Part shown: piece by piece, positions 15,536 to 25,837 of the stretch
How the letters are laid out: each line of letters opens with the position of its first letter
Numbering within the stretch: position 1 is the first letter of the stretch
Assembly: GCA_038882975.1 (NCBI GenBank)
Contig: JAVZNE010000002.1
Span: forward strand, 1 to 64,000
DNA length: 64,000 nt
Source of the DNA: Candidatus Bathyarchaeia archaeon
GTDB taxonomy: Archaea; Thermoproteota; Bathyarchaeia; Bathyarchaeales; Bathycorpusculaceae
Direction: 5' to 3'
Translations under genes and position numbers: made by a program
Notes under the pieces: generated by a model
The model's database searches: none
What the model saw: the letters and a program-made list of their open reading frames with translations, nothing else
What the model was told of the DNA's origin: nothing

Positions 15536-17328
15536 TGCCTATGAAAAAGTCTGGAAACACCCATTACATAGTGGTCCTCGGCTTCCTACTACTGTTACTG
15601 CTTTTCTCCCTTCTATTTCTTGTTGGAAAGAATAACGGGGCAACATCTGACGTTGGAGGAGAAACTTCACGAGAGAGTGATGCTGAGGATCATGTCTCCG
15701 TTTCTGAAACAACACCATTTAGTGGGGAAAACCCCTTGTCTAAAGCCTTAAACTATTTGAAAAACATTCAACAATCTGATGGCAAAATATCGGATTTCGC
15801 AACCTCATGTTGGGCGGTTATAGCGATTGCCGCCGCTGGCGAAAACCCCCACAGCTGGAAGGGATCAAGCGGAAAATCCATAGTTGACTACCTAATCGAG
15901 AACAGAGGCCAAGTTAATTTGAACGTTCCCACGGATGTTGCACGGTTTATTTTGGCAATGACCGCCGCTGGAGAGAATCCAAGAAGCATAGGCGGCACAA
16001 ATTATGTTGAAATTCTTAAAGGCTTCTTTTCCAATGGTCAGATTGGAAGCGAATCGCAATTAAATGACGACTTTTGGGCTATTATGGCGCTGGTTTCAGC
16101 CGGTGAAGCCACAAACTCGACAATTATTCAAGGATCAGTCAACTTTATTAAAGCACATCAAAACGCTGATGGCGGTTGGAGTTGGGCTGTTAGCGGAACA
16201 AGCGACGTGGACGACACTGCTGCAGCGATTATGGCTTTGGTTTCCGCTAGCGAAGACAGTTCAACTAGCAACATTGCAAACGCACTTCAGTATTTAAAAG
16301 GCCAACAACAACCTAATGGCGGATTTCCATGCTTTGGCGTTATAAACAGCGCTTCCGATTCTTGGGCTATAGGCGCCATATGCAGCGCTGGGCAAAACCC
16401 AAGAGACTGGAAAGTGAACAACATAAGCGTGATCGACCACCTCTTAAGTCTCCAAAATGCTGATGGCTCGTTCAATTGGACGCCAAGCACTTCAGCCAAC
16501 AAGGCGCTTATGACGTCCTATGCCATCGTCGCTCTATGTTCGAGACAGTATCCAACCAACGGCTTACCCGTCTACGTTAGAATTGAAGGAAAGCAAATAA
16601 CCATTTGGCGGCGCAAAGTTTTCGTGGCGGCATCCATAATCGTCGACGACGCCGGACAGACACACTATCTGCCAAAGCCAACGGTGCTTGGAGCCTTAGA
16701 CAAGGCGTCTGAAATCGGCGGATTCGCTTATAAAGTTAGACAAACAGCCTACGGCTTATACGTCTACTTGATAGCTGGAGAGGAAGCCACTGGACTATCC
16801 GGGTGGATGTACCGTGTAGACTATTACATGCCTAATGTTGGCATGGCTGATTTTGAATGGAATGTTACATCGCCTCCAAACCCGCCCCACAAGGAACTGC
16901 TAATATACTATGGTGATTGGACAAGTATGCCGCTGAAAATTTGGGTGAACAAGACTGAAGTACATCTTGGAGAAAACATAACGGTGCTTGTGACATACTA
17001 CAATGACACAAGCGGTGGTTGGCATCCCCTCCAAGGAGCAACGGTTCACTTCCTAAACAGAAGATACACAACCAACGCAACAGGCTATGTGACCATTACC
17101 GTGAGGTACGATCCGCCCGTCTGGGCTGAAAAGGAAGGTTTCATACGAAGTGACATAATCGAAGTTAAGATAATCAACAATCCAATAAGCTCTAACACAA
17201 CAAGTAATCAACAAAATTCTGAAAATACAACTCAAAAGAACGAAATAAACTCCTCCCTTTCTTTCGGATTTCTTGAGAGGCAGCTAGCTTGGCTAACATT
17301 TCAGTTTTGTGAAATAATAATCCGCTGA
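15532..17328 (+). CDS. Prenyltransferase/squalene-oxidase-repeat alpha-barrel plus DUF4430 surface protein (cobalamin-binding-like)
   Basis: QxxDG repeats (QQSDG, QNADGGW, QQPNGGF, QNADGSF), DVDDTAAAIMAL; C-terminal YGLYV..GWMYRV. Confidence 0.75.
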   Translation: MMPMKKSGNTHYIVVLGFLLLLLLFSLLFLVGKNNGATSDVGGETSRESDAEDHVSVSETTPFSGENPLSKALNYLKNIQQSDGKISDFATSCWAVIAIAAAGENPHSWKGSSGKSIVDYLIENRGQVNLNVPTDVARFILAMTAAGENPRSIGGTNYVEILKGFFSNGQIGSESQLNDDFWAIMALVSAGEATNSTIIQGSVNFIKAHQNADGGWSWAVSGTSDVDDTAAAIMALVSASEDSSTSNIANALQYLKGQQQPNGGFPCFGVINSASDSWAIGAICSAGQNPRDWKVNNISVIDHLLSLQNADGSFNWTPSTSANKALMTSYAIVALCSRQYPTNGLPVYVRIEGKQITIWRRKVFVAASIIVDDAGQTHYLPKPTVLGALDKASEIGGFAYKVRQTAYGLYVYLIAGEEATGLSGWMYRVDYYMPNVGMADFEWNVTSPPNPPHKELLIYYGDWTSMPLKIWVNKTEVHLGENITVLVTYYNDTSGGWHPLQGATVHFLNRRYTTNATGYVTITVRYDPPVWAEKEGFIRSDIIEVKIINNPISSNTTSNQQNSENTTQKNEINSSLSFGFLERQLAWLTFQFCEIIIR

Positions 17329-17343
17329 ATCTAACATGAACTG

Positions 17344-17910
17344 GTGGGCTGGATGGATTGCAGACGTGTTGCAATGTTGGCAATACTAACGGCATTATGC
17401 GTTGCGCTTCAGATAACCCCAAGGCCACCTAACGTTGAGGCCACATCCCTCATCTCCTTTTTGGTTGGATTCTTGTTCGGCGCAAGCTTCGGAGCTATTT
17501 TAGGAGCCTTAACAATGTTTATTAACGGATTTCTTTCGCCATGGGGTCTTGCCGGGATAATAATGCCCTTCCAAATGGTTGGGATGGCCCTAATAGGGCT
17601 CGCTGGAGGAGTTTACCGCAAAGTTTTAGGTGGAAATCCCAAAGAGGTAGTCAATACCACAAAAATTTTAAAATTGGAAGTTTCATTCCTTGCGGCTTTC
17701 CTCACCCTCATATATGATATACTGACGAATATTGGCTGGGCTCTGCCTTCAGAAACACCAATTATTGCCGCATTAATCCAAGGCGTATGGTACAGCGTAA
17801 TCCACGTAGTGTCAAATGCCGTGTTTATCGGAGGAGCATTTTTTATTCTGGTTAGGATCATAGGCAATTTGCTAGGTGAAAATCTATGGAGATCACAAAA
17901 AGAAGCTTAG
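17344..17910 (+). CDS. ECF transporter S component (CbrT-like)
   Basis: AMLAILTALCVAL..PPNVE..G..FG; ~6 TM; adjacent DUF4430 genes. Confidence 0.75.
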   Translation: MGWMDCRRVAMLAILTALCVALQITPRPPNVEATSLISFLVGFLFGASFGAILGALTMFINGFLSPWGLAGIIMPFQMVGMALIGLAGGVYRKVLGGNPKEVVNTTKILKLEVSFLAAFLTLIYDILTNIGWALPSETPIIAALIQGVWYSVIHVVSNAVFIGGAFFILVRIIGNLLGENLWRSQKEA

Positions 17911-18350
17911 TGATATTTGGCTTAGGATGGCTAACCTCCCTCGTGCTTATAGGCTGTATTGCCGGATACTATTACGTAGAATACCAAAACTTGCTCAAAA
18001 GATTTGAAGAGTACAAGCACCAGCCCTTGTTTATGCGCGTCAATATATACATTAATTACGCTGAGTGGAACGGAACCTCAGTTTGGTATAATAACACGTT
18101 TGTACCTTTAGGGTGCAGCCTTTTAAATGCAACCCAGATGGTTGCAGTTGTAAGCTTCACTTATCGGGAATCGTATGATGCAAGTTTTGTAGACGCTATA
18201 AACAACATCGCAAACAGCGGAGGTAGGTACTGGATGTGGTACCGTTGGACAGGTAGCCGTTGGGAATACGGGCATGTCGGTGCAGATAAATATGTTTTAT
18301 CCCCTGAAGAGACGGTGATGTGGCGATACGAGACTCCACATTACCCATGA
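17886..18350 (+). CDS. Membrane-anchored DUF4430 protein
   Basis: N-terminal TM; FVDAINNI..YWMWY..VGADKYVL. Confidence 0.7.
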   Translation: MEITKRSLVIFGLGWLTSLVLIGCIAGYYYVEYQNLLKRFEEYKHQPLFMRVNIYINYAEWNGTSVWYNNTFVPLGCSLLNATQMVAVVSFTYRESYDASFVDAINNIANSGGRYWMWYRWTGSRWEYGHVGADKYVLSPEETVMWRYETPHYP

Positions 18351-18363
18351 GGAGACAATGCTT

Positions 18364-19638
18364 TTACTCTTGCATTTTAAAGCGTAGAATAGCTGCTATT
18401 CCACCGAATGAATTTTTCAGCATCTGTCCCTCTTCAGTTTCTTCAGAGATTATTTCGACGTCTGTGTTTGTGTATTCGGCTACTTGGGCGAAGTTTTCTA
18501 TAAGTTCCTGCTTTTCAGTGATGCTTAAGGATGGGGCTTTACAGTTTGGACATGGCTTTCCAACAAGGCTTTGTTCAAAACTTGTTAGCATGGGTCCCCT
18601 AATGGTCTGCTGCTCCTCATAACCACATGCACTGCACTTGACCCCCACACGTGCGATATCGAGACCTTCTGAAAGCAGCAAGGTCTTAACTGCGCCAGCT
18701 TCCAAGGCTTTCCTAACGGCTTCTTCCCCATAAGTGGCAAGACCAGTATCGTGACCTATTTCGTATAGGAATTGCTGGATTATTTGCCTCTCTTCTATGT
18801 AGCGGATTTTTCTCATAATCTCTGGCGCCTTGTCGACGATCTCTTTTACTCCTTGCTCGTCAACATAAGCCGTATCAACAGTGTCGATGATTTTCTCTTT
18901 CAGCTGGTAGTTTAGGTAGTCGCCCTTCTCGAAGTCGTATTTGGTTGGTCCGGGTCCACCAATTATTATACCTTTCAGATTCTCTATAGGGAGGAAAATT
19001 TCGTTTGCGTGTTCGCCTACACGCCTAAAATACTCTTGTAAACGCATTTCCCTAAGCCTTTCAAACCTTCTGGCGGATTGCCCCCCAGCACGTGTTTTCC
19101 CCGGAACACCAGATGTTACTTCCCTGACTATTTCGAGTCTTCTGCCCTGAAGGATTGCGAGGGTTGCGGCTGTCGCATCTATGAGGAGTATGCCATAAGT
19201 CTCTTTTTCTCGCAAAAGTTCTTGTAAATGTTCCGTGTGAAAGCGTGAATCACACCTGTAAAGGTATATGTTTATGGGTTCAGGCGGTATAATCACGTAG
19301 GTTTCGATTTTTTCGCTTCCAGCACCATTTTGAGGAACTGCACCACAAAATATTACTAGTCCGTTTTCAGGGGTTTCTTTGAAAAGTTTTAGGCGTTGCT
19401 GAACCTTGACGATAGCGTCTTGGACGTTTTTGCGGGTTGTTGTGGATTTTATGTTTGAAGCGGTGCCATACTCTTCTCTAAGCATGTTCATGACTTCGCT
19501 TATCTGCTTACCGGGTGGAATGTAAAGCGAAATAAGCTCTGTTCCTCGTCCCTCTTTGTTGGCTAGCGTGTTCAGTATCTTTTTTAACCGGAAGAGTTCG
19601 AGGGACGTCCTCTTTTTAGGGGCGCTCAAATTTTTCAC
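18364..19638 (-). CDS. prf1: Peptide chain release factor aRF1
   Basis: TASNIKS, YRCDSRF, AGGQSARRF. Confidence 0.97.
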   Translation of the reverse strand: MKNLSAPKKRTSLELFRLKKILNTLANKEGRGTELISLYIPPGKQISEVMNMLREEYGTASNIKSTTTRKNVQDAIVKVQQRLKLFKETPENGLVIFCGAVPQNGAGSEKIETYVIIPPEPINIYLYRCDSRFHTEHLQELLREKETYGILLIDATAATLAILQGRRLEIVREVTSGVPGKTRAGGQSARRFERLREMRLQEYFRRVGEHANEIFLPIENLKGIIIGGPGPTKYDFEKGDYLNYQLKEKIIDTVDTAYVDEQGVKEIVDKAPEIMRKIRYIEERQIIQQFLYEIGHDTGLATYGEEAVRKALEAGAVKTLLLSEGLDIARVGVKCSACGYEEQQTIRGPMLTSFEQSLVGKPCPNCKAPSLSITEKQELIENFAQVAEYTNTDVEIISEETEEGQMLKNSFGGIAAILRFKMQE

Positions 19639-19701
19639 TTGAAGTTTAATGCTATAAGGCTACATGGCAACGAGCCAAATAAGAATATTGGAAAATAAAG
19701 G

Positions 19702-20691
19702 TTAGGACAAACCTAAAACTTCTTTTAGAAAAGCCTTGTACGGCCCAAGTTTTCCGCCGTAGTTGCCAGCTGAAATTCGCAAAACGCCTGGAACATTTAT
19801 AGCTGCTTTTATGCCTCCCCCCATAGCCTTTTTGATAGCCTCAACCGTTAAGCCGTTGATAACTATCTCGTAAACGGAGTTGACATCCTCTGGCAGTTGA
19901 GAGTCTGCCACAACTTTTTTCAATGTCGGACAGAAGGGATGGTTTGTTGAAGCCTTAAGCTTGTATTTTAGGGAGCCAGCCTTTGAGCCGGACCGACAGA
20001 CTCCGCCTGGAAATGGCATTATAACCCCATTAGCGGCATTTTTTACTGCCTTTACAGCTTCTTCTGCGGCTTGTAGTCCAGAGTTCTTGTCCTTTGCCAG
20101 TATGAGAAAGTTTCCCCCAGCAACAGCCTCCATAACGCCGAAAGAGTCTTCCACTATAAATTCGCCTTCCATAACCGGGATTCTCCAAACCTTTCTGCCA
20201 CCCACAATTCCTTTCTTCTGGAAGCCGTCGCCAAAATAGCGGAGACTGCGCCCAACCTTCATTCTTCTTCTCGCTTCTGGAAGGGCATCAAAAGCCGCTG
20301 TTGTAGGACAAGTCATGACGCACTGCCCAATGCGGAGTATTAGCTGATTCTTCAGATCGAAACGGCTTCTATTGTAAATTTGAATTAAAGCCCCAACTCT
20401 TCCATCAGGAGTTCTCTCCCTTGAAACAAGCCCCTCAACTCCAGCCTCAGCAGGAGCCATAATAACGCTGGTTGCGAAACCTGTTGCCACCTCAGCGGCG
20501 GTTAAAGCCCACTTTTCACTATCCGCAGTGATAAGCACCCTTCCAGCCCACATGGGAAACATTTCCGCAAAAGTGTCCGAGACTTTTACTGTATGTCCTT
20601 TCTGAGACTTTATTATGAGACATGGTCCAAACTTGTCCTTTTCGTCATAGCCGACCATTTCAAGTCTGGTTTCACTTTGCATCGTTTTCAA
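19702..20691 (-). CDS. ftr: Formylmethanofuran-H4MPT N-formyltransferase
   Basis: DTFAEMF, TGFATSVI, TPDGR, RIGQCVMTCPT, SGSK, SAGNYGGKLG. Confidence 0.95.
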   Translation of the reverse strand: MKTMQSETRLEMVGYDEKDKFGPCLIIKSQKGHTVKVSDTFAEMFPMWAGRVLITADSEKWALTAAEVATGFATSVIMAPAEAGVEGLVSRERTPDGRVGALIQIYNRSRFDLKNQLILRIGQCVMTCPTTAAFDALPEARRRMKVGRSLRYFGDGFQKKGIVGGRKVWRIPVMEGEFIVEDSFGVMEAVAGGNFLILAKDKNSGLQAAEEAVKAVKNAANGVIMPFPGGVCRSGSKAGSLKYKLKASTNHPFCPTLKKVVADSQLPEDVNSVYEIVINGLTVEAIKKAMGGGIKAAINVPGVLRISAGNYGGKLGPYKAFLKEVLGLS

Positions 20692-20840
20692 CCTAGCTTT
20701 GAGGATAGGCGTAATCTCATTTAAGACTTTTCGCTAGACACAACAAAATGCTATGTTATTAACTCATAATTAAATAGTCCTAAACAGCAAAAAGCTCAAC
20801 TTAAACTATTTATTCTTTAAACTCTATAAAGGTGCTTGCC

Positions 20841-21890
20841 ATGAAAACTGCCAAAGTTAGCTTTGAAGAGTCCATCGCTGAAGCTGTCGTCAAAACTGGA
20901 AAATGTGTTGGCTGTGGCACATGCGTGCTTGTCTGTCCTTTTAACTGCCTCGAATATGTTGGAGAAAAGCCCAACATAGTAAAGGAGTGTAAAGTTTGTG
21001 GCATATGCGCGCAAGTATGCCCACAATACGATTTTCCATTATCAGAAATTGAGAACTTTGTGTTTGGAAGAGAACGAAGTCCCGATGAAGTTTTTGGAAT
21101 TTATAGAAGAATCGCCTTGGCAAGGGCTAATGATAAACAAATTTTAGAGAAATGTCAAGACGGCGGAGCTGTAACAGCTTTACTTCTTTTCGCCCTAAAT
21201 AACGGCATTATTAATGGTGCGATAGTTACGAAAAGTGAACGAGAAAATCCATTTTACCCACGCCCCACACTTGCCACAACAGCTGATGATGTATTGCAGG
21301 CGGCTGGAACGAAGTACTTTTACTCGCCCAACATCCTTGCCATAGCAAAGTCTTTGAAACAAAAACTTGGAAAGGTAGCACTTGTTGGAACACCATGCCA
21401 TATTCGCGCCGCACGAAAAATACAGTTTGCCGGGCTCAAGAAATATACTATTCCGTTAAAGCTTCTGATTGGACTGGCATGCTCCGAGTGTTTCATTTAT
21501 GACGGGCTTATGAAGGAGCACATTCATAGAAAGTTGGGAGTAGACCCAAACTGTATTAAAAAAGTCAATATCAAGGGCAAGATGCTGTTGACGCTGGAAT
21601 CCGAAACTGTGGCAATACCACTAGCAGAGGCAAAACAATACGCTAGAAAAAGCTGCCACTTCTGCGAAGACTTCAGCTCAGAGTTGGCGGACATCTCTGT
21701 TGGCGGACTTGGACTTGAAGGATGGACCTTTGTAATTATACGCACAGAACAAGGCGAAGAAATATTTTCCAACGCAGAAAAAGCTGGAGCCATCATAACT
21801 AAAGAGGCAAGCACCGAAGCCAATGCTCTAAACTTGCTGATTAAGCTTTCAGGGAAGAAAAGGGCCGCAGCTAAGGAGTTGACAAAATAA
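20841..21890 (+). CDS. F420 hydrogenase/dehydrogenase beta-subunit family (FrhB/FpoF-like) with 2x[4Fe-4S]
   Basis: CVGCGTCVLVCP, CKVCGICAQVCP, QDGGAVT, VGTPCH, ADISVG. Confidence 0.88.
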   Translation: MKTAKVSFEESIAEAVVKTGKCVGCGTCVLVCPFNCLEYVGEKPNIVKECKVCGICAQVCPQYDFPLSEIENFVFGRERSPDEVFGIYRRIALARANDKQILEKCQDGGAVTALLLFALNNGIINGAIVTKSERENPFYPRPTLATTADDVLQAAGTKYFYSPNILAIAKSLKQKLGKVALVGTPCHIRAARKIQFAGLKKYTIPLKLLIGLACSECFIYDGLMKEHIHRKLGVDPNCIKKVNIKGKMLLTLESETVAIPLAEAKQYARKSCHFCEDFSSELADISVGGLGLEGWTFVIIRTEQGEEIFSNAEKAGAIITKEASTEANALNLLIKLSGKKRAAAKELTK

Positions 21891-21968
21891 GGAGAGGCTA
21901 ACACATGCTTTTCTGAAATACTTATAAAGATTGTTTTCTAAATATGGCTTCTAGTTCGATGCCTCAAG

Positions 21969-22856
21969 GTGCACCCCTTGAAGAAAGTCAAGATTGGCGT
22001 CTTCAAATGTGGCAACATTGGGACCGCGCCCTTGCTTGAACTTCTTTTCGATGAACTGGCGGATAGAGAGGACATAAGCGTTCGAACAATAACGACTGGG
22101 GCGAAAATGCTCGCGGAAGAGGTTGAAGAAGCCATACCGAAAATCTTTGACTTCAACCCAGACTTCATAATTTTCATTTCACCAAATCCAGCAGTTCAAG
22201 GACCCCGAAAAGCCATGGAAATTCTCTCTGAAAAGAAGGTTCCAAGCATGTTCATTTCCGATGCTCCGGGCAAACGCCTCAAAGAGGAATTTGAAAAACA
22301 AGGCTTCGGCTACATCATAGTTATGGGTGACCCTCTCATAGGCGCTAGGAAAGAGTTTCTGGACCCCACTGAAATGGCAATTTTCAATTCAAACGTGATA
22401 AAGGTGCTGGCGATCACAGGCGTCTACAGAATGATTTACCAAGAAATTGACCGAATTATCCACTGCTGCAAGGAAGGCATAACTTTTGAGTTGCCACGGC
22501 TAATTATAGATACCGACAATATTAGGGATAACTCTGACTTTAGGAATCCATACGCCCTTGCAAAGGCTATGGCAGCATATGAACTGACGAAGAAGATTGC
22601 AGAGATAAACACACGAGCATGCTTCATGGAGAAAGAGAAGGAAAAATATATTCCATTGGTCGCTTGTGCACATGAAATTGCGCAAGTTGCAGCCAGTCTC
22701 GCCGAAGAGGCTAGGGAAATTGAGAAGTATGCTGATACGCTTGTTAGGAGACCTCACTCTAAGGAGGGAAGATTAAAGGTTAAGGATAAGTTGATGTTGC
22801 CTCCCGCTTTTGACGAAGAAATTTATCAAAAGTGGCTTAAGAGGTTAAGGGCTTAA
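21969..22856 (+). CDS. mtd: F420-dependent methylene-H4MPT dehydrogenase
   Basis: KIGVFKCGNIGT..LFDELADREDI, SPN, DPLIGARKEFLDPTEMA. Confidence 0.95.
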   Translation: MHPLKKVKIGVFKCGNIGTAPLLELLFDELADREDISVRTITTGAKMLAEEVEEAIPKIFDFNPDFIIFISPNPAVQGPRKAMEILSEKKVPSMFISDAPGKRLKEEFEKQGFGYIIVMGDPLIGARKEFLDPTEMAIFNSNVIKVLAITGVYRMIYQEIDRIIHCCKEGITFELPRLIIDTDNIRDNSDFRNPYALAKAMAAYELTKKIAEINTRACFMEKEKEKYIPLVACAHEIAQVAASLAEEAREIEKYADTLVRRPHSKEGRLKVKDKLMLPPAFDEEIYQKWLKRLRA

Positions 22857-22952
22857 CAACTTTAGCTTTTATATATACGCTATTAATACATATATATGGT
22901 ATTTCGAATAAGTATATATTTTCCGCTTCCTATTTGGCTGTTAGGTGAAAAA

Positions 22953-24665
22953 ATGAAAGCTCTTGAAATAACACCGTTGGAAGGAAAAACATTAAGAGTC
23001 ATAATAGTTGAGAAGGAATACAGCGAGCCGTTCTGGATTGCAGAACCTACAAATAATCATGTACCCAAAAATATCCTTTCATCCAGATTTAAGCCATCCG
23101 TTGCCTTCTGCAGCTTCTTTGAAAAAGTAGTCGACGAGGTTAAACCAGACTTCATAACTGAAGAGTTGGGAAACCGCACAACCAAAGAGTTCAACGAAGC
23201 AAATGTTCTCGCCCAAATAAGCCAGAAGGCGAAAATTCCATTCTTCGCCGTCGACATCGACGAAAATGCGCGGGGCTACGTGGCTTCCCTCATTGAAGAG
23301 AAGAGACAGCTTAGGGATAAAATATTGAAGGCGTTGGAGGAAATGCCTGAAAACAGTGCAGAAAAGGAGTATTTGATAGCTTATGGGCAGTGCTTGCAAC
23401 AGGAAATTGAAGAGTTAGAGCGCGAAGCGAAGTTTTCAGTTAGGGAAAGTTGGATAGCCATGGGCATTCTTGAAAAAGCCAGAGGCATGGAAAAAACGGA
23501 AATCACATGCTTGCACATATCAAGTCCAGAACATGTGAGCGGAGTCAAAAAGCTTTTAGAGTCTGTTGACGTTGATGTAGAGGCAATTCAGCCGACAAAA
23601 AAATTAGTCATTACAAAGGAGAAAACACCGATGGCTGAGATTGAGGATTTACTTAAATCCATGCAAATCCAAGTTAAACCAGTCATCAGGACTTCGTCTG
23701 AAGAGGCTCCCTACATCCTCTTCTTCCTGGACACAGACAAGAGGGCGAGCCCATTCGACATTTGCATGGCTTACGACGCCGGATTTAGCGTGGTAGTTCC
23801 ATACGAAAACGTGACCACCGAAGAAGCGAAGAAAATAGTGCAAGACGCCATTTTCTCCAGAGACCCGAAGGGGATTAAGCGCACATGCTTCTTCGTAGGC
23901 GGGAAAGACATGGAAAAAGCTGAGGAGGTCTTAAAAATTGTACGCGAAACTATGTTTCCACCTTTCCAAGCCAACACTATCATTGATCCGGCTGGTGCCT
24001 ATACAACAGCTGCAGCCATGGTGGCTAAAGTTGAAGATGCAATTGCTAAGGCTAAGCTTGGAAATTTGAAGGACAAAAGGGTGGCAATTTTTGGCACAGG
24101 AGCCGTTGGAAGGGTTGCAGCCATTTTGTTAGCCAAGCTTGGATGCACCGTCAAGATTGTTAGCCCAAATCCTGACAGAAAAGACGGAGACGAATACGTT
24201 TCAAAGCTGTCCACTCTGCTCAGTGAAAGATATGGCGTGGACGTTGAAGGTGTTTTCGCCCCAACACCAGAGAAAAAGATTGAGGTTATAAATGATGCAG
24301 ATGTTATTCTCTGCGCGTCCGTTGCAGGCGTCCGCATAATAACCAAAGACATGCTGAACGCGGTAAAATTTGTCAAAGTTATAGCCGATGTCAACGCTGT
24401 TCCACCTCTTGGGGTGGAAGGAATGAAACTTGAAGATGACATGAGAGAATTTGCCCCAGGGATCTTCGGTATAGGTCCACTAACTATCGGGAGACTCAAA
24501 TACAAACTTGAACGCGAAATCTTAAAGGAAGCCAGAAGAAACGGCAAAGGAACAGTCTATAATTATAACTACGCAATGGAGTTGGCAAGAAAAATACTGA
24601 GAGGCGAACTTCCGGCCGCTAAACTTGCAGTCACCGTCAGTTATCCACCAAAGGAACGAAAGTAA
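22953..24665 (+). CDS. NAD(P)-dependent methylene-H4MPT dehydrogenase (MtdA/MtdB family) fused to an N-terminal ~250-aa domain
   Basis: C-part SPFDICMAYDAG, DPAGAYTTAAAMVA, GTGAVG, DVNAVPPLG. Confidence 0.85.
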   Translation: MKALEITPLEGKTLRVIIVEKEYSEPFWIAEPTNNHVPKNILSSRFKPSVAFCSFFEKVVDEVKPDFITEELGNRTTKEFNEANVLAQISQKAKIPFFAVDIDENARGYVASLIEEKRQLRDKILKALEEMPENSAEKEYLIAYGQCLQQEIEELEREAKFSVRESWIAMGILEKARGMEKTEITCLHISSPEHVSGVKKLLESVDVDVEAIQPTKKLVITKEKTPMAEIEDLLKSMQIQVKPVIRTSSEEAPYILFFLDTDKRASPFDICMAYDAGFSVVVPYENVTTEEAKKIVQDAIFSRDPKGIKRTCFFVGGKDMEKAEEVLKIVRETMFPPFQANTIIDPAGAYTTAAAMVAKVEDAIAKAKLGNLKDKRVAIFGTGAVGRVAAILLAKLGCTVKIVSPNPDRKDGDEYVSKLSTLLSERYGVDVEGVFAPTPEKKIEVINDADVILCASVAGVRIITKDMLNAVKFVKVIADVNAVPPLGVEGMKLEDDMREFAPGIFGIGPLTIGRLKYKLEREILKEARRNGKGTVYNYNYAMELARKILRGELPAAKLAVTVSYPPKERK

Positions 24666-24680
24666 CTCATAAAGCAAAGG

Positions 24681-25697
24681 CTAAGACGGAACCTTAAAAG
24701 ACTGGTTGATGGTGATCTCCGCGATGTCCGCTGAATACTCCGCTATACGCTGGATGCCATCCCTTATAGAGCAGCATGCGCAAATAACCTCTGTGTCTTT
24801 TTCCCTCAAAAATGCCAATGATGCGATTTCCCTATCCAATTTCTCTATTTTAGCTTGATTCTCAATAACCTCATTGGCTGTTTTTACGTCTTTTGCGAAA
24901 AGGGAATTTACCGCATTGTCGTAAAGCGTTAACGCGTCACACCCAGCTGAATACATCTTCTCTAACAAGGGTTTTGAGACTTCTTTCCCGCCTCCTTCCA
25001 TCATAATTACGTGCTTCGCCACGTTGGCAGCTTGGTCTGAAACTTGCTCTATACGATGAATAAGGGTCTGATAATCCAAACAATCGATGGGTTCTACGGC
25101 AAGCTGATTAGCCAACGCAGGATCGACAGCTGCTCTGCGCACAAGCCTCAGCAGGAAAAAGGAGAAGTGATCAACTTCATCGTCTATCATATAAACGGAT
25201 TTCGCAAGAGCTGCATCCTGATCTTTGAGGGCATTGAAGGCATCACGACACATGGAGCTTGATATTTTATACATCCTATTAATTCCGGTCTCAATGGACG
25301 CTTTAGACTCGTCTATGAGAGTTGCAATGTGCATTTCTTTAGTGTCTGCTTCCATTATCCTCATGTAGAGCATCTGCACAATCTTTCGGATGGCTTTCTG
25401 CTGAGGCACTGTAAAAAACTTGTCTGAAACAAGTCTAATGTAGGAATAACCATTCAGGTAACAGGCAATTATGCCACGAATGACAAAGGATATGTCCTTC
25501 TCCGATTCAACATGAAGAGTTATTTTCGCGGGTTCCCGCTCCTTCCGCGCACCAGGAAAAACAACAAGAGAGCGATCTCTATTCATCGCAATAGAAACAA
25601 CATCTCCACTTTTAAGCTCGTTTAACTCCGTCCAATACTTTGGAAGCGAAATAACAAGAGAGGAGCGGCCAAGAGACATTATTTTACGCTGCTCCAT
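24681..25697 (-). CDS. AbrB-PhoU phosphate-uptake-regulator family protein
   Basis: RKIMSLGRSSLVISLPKYW; DDEVD, RIEQVSD and RIAEY PhoU repeats. Confidence 0.88.
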   Translation of the reverse strand: MEQRKIMSLGRSSLVISLPKYWTELNELKSGDVVSIAMNRDRSLVVFPGARKEREPAKITLHVESEKDISFVIRGIIACYLNGYSYIRLVSDKFFTVPQQKAIRKIVQMLYMRIMEADTKEMHIATLIDESKASIETGINRMYKISSSMCRDAFNALKDQDAALAKSVYMIDDEVDHFSFFLLRLVRRAAVDPALANQLAVEPIDCLDYQTLIHRIEQVSDQAANVAKHVIMMEGGGKEVSKPLLEKMYSAGCDALTLYDNAVNSLFAKDVKTANEVIENQAKIEKLDREIASLAFLREKDTEVICACCSIRDGIQRIAEYSADIAEITINQSFKVPS

Positions 25698-25837
25698 ACA
25701 AACCTCCACCGTTAAAACATTAACTAGAAATCTCAGATATATATTTCTATAAACAATATAGCTACGAGGCTTTTCTTAAACTCGGTTTGAATAGCTTAAA
25801 TAGTTAAAATGGAGGATTTCCGCAAGGATATAACACA

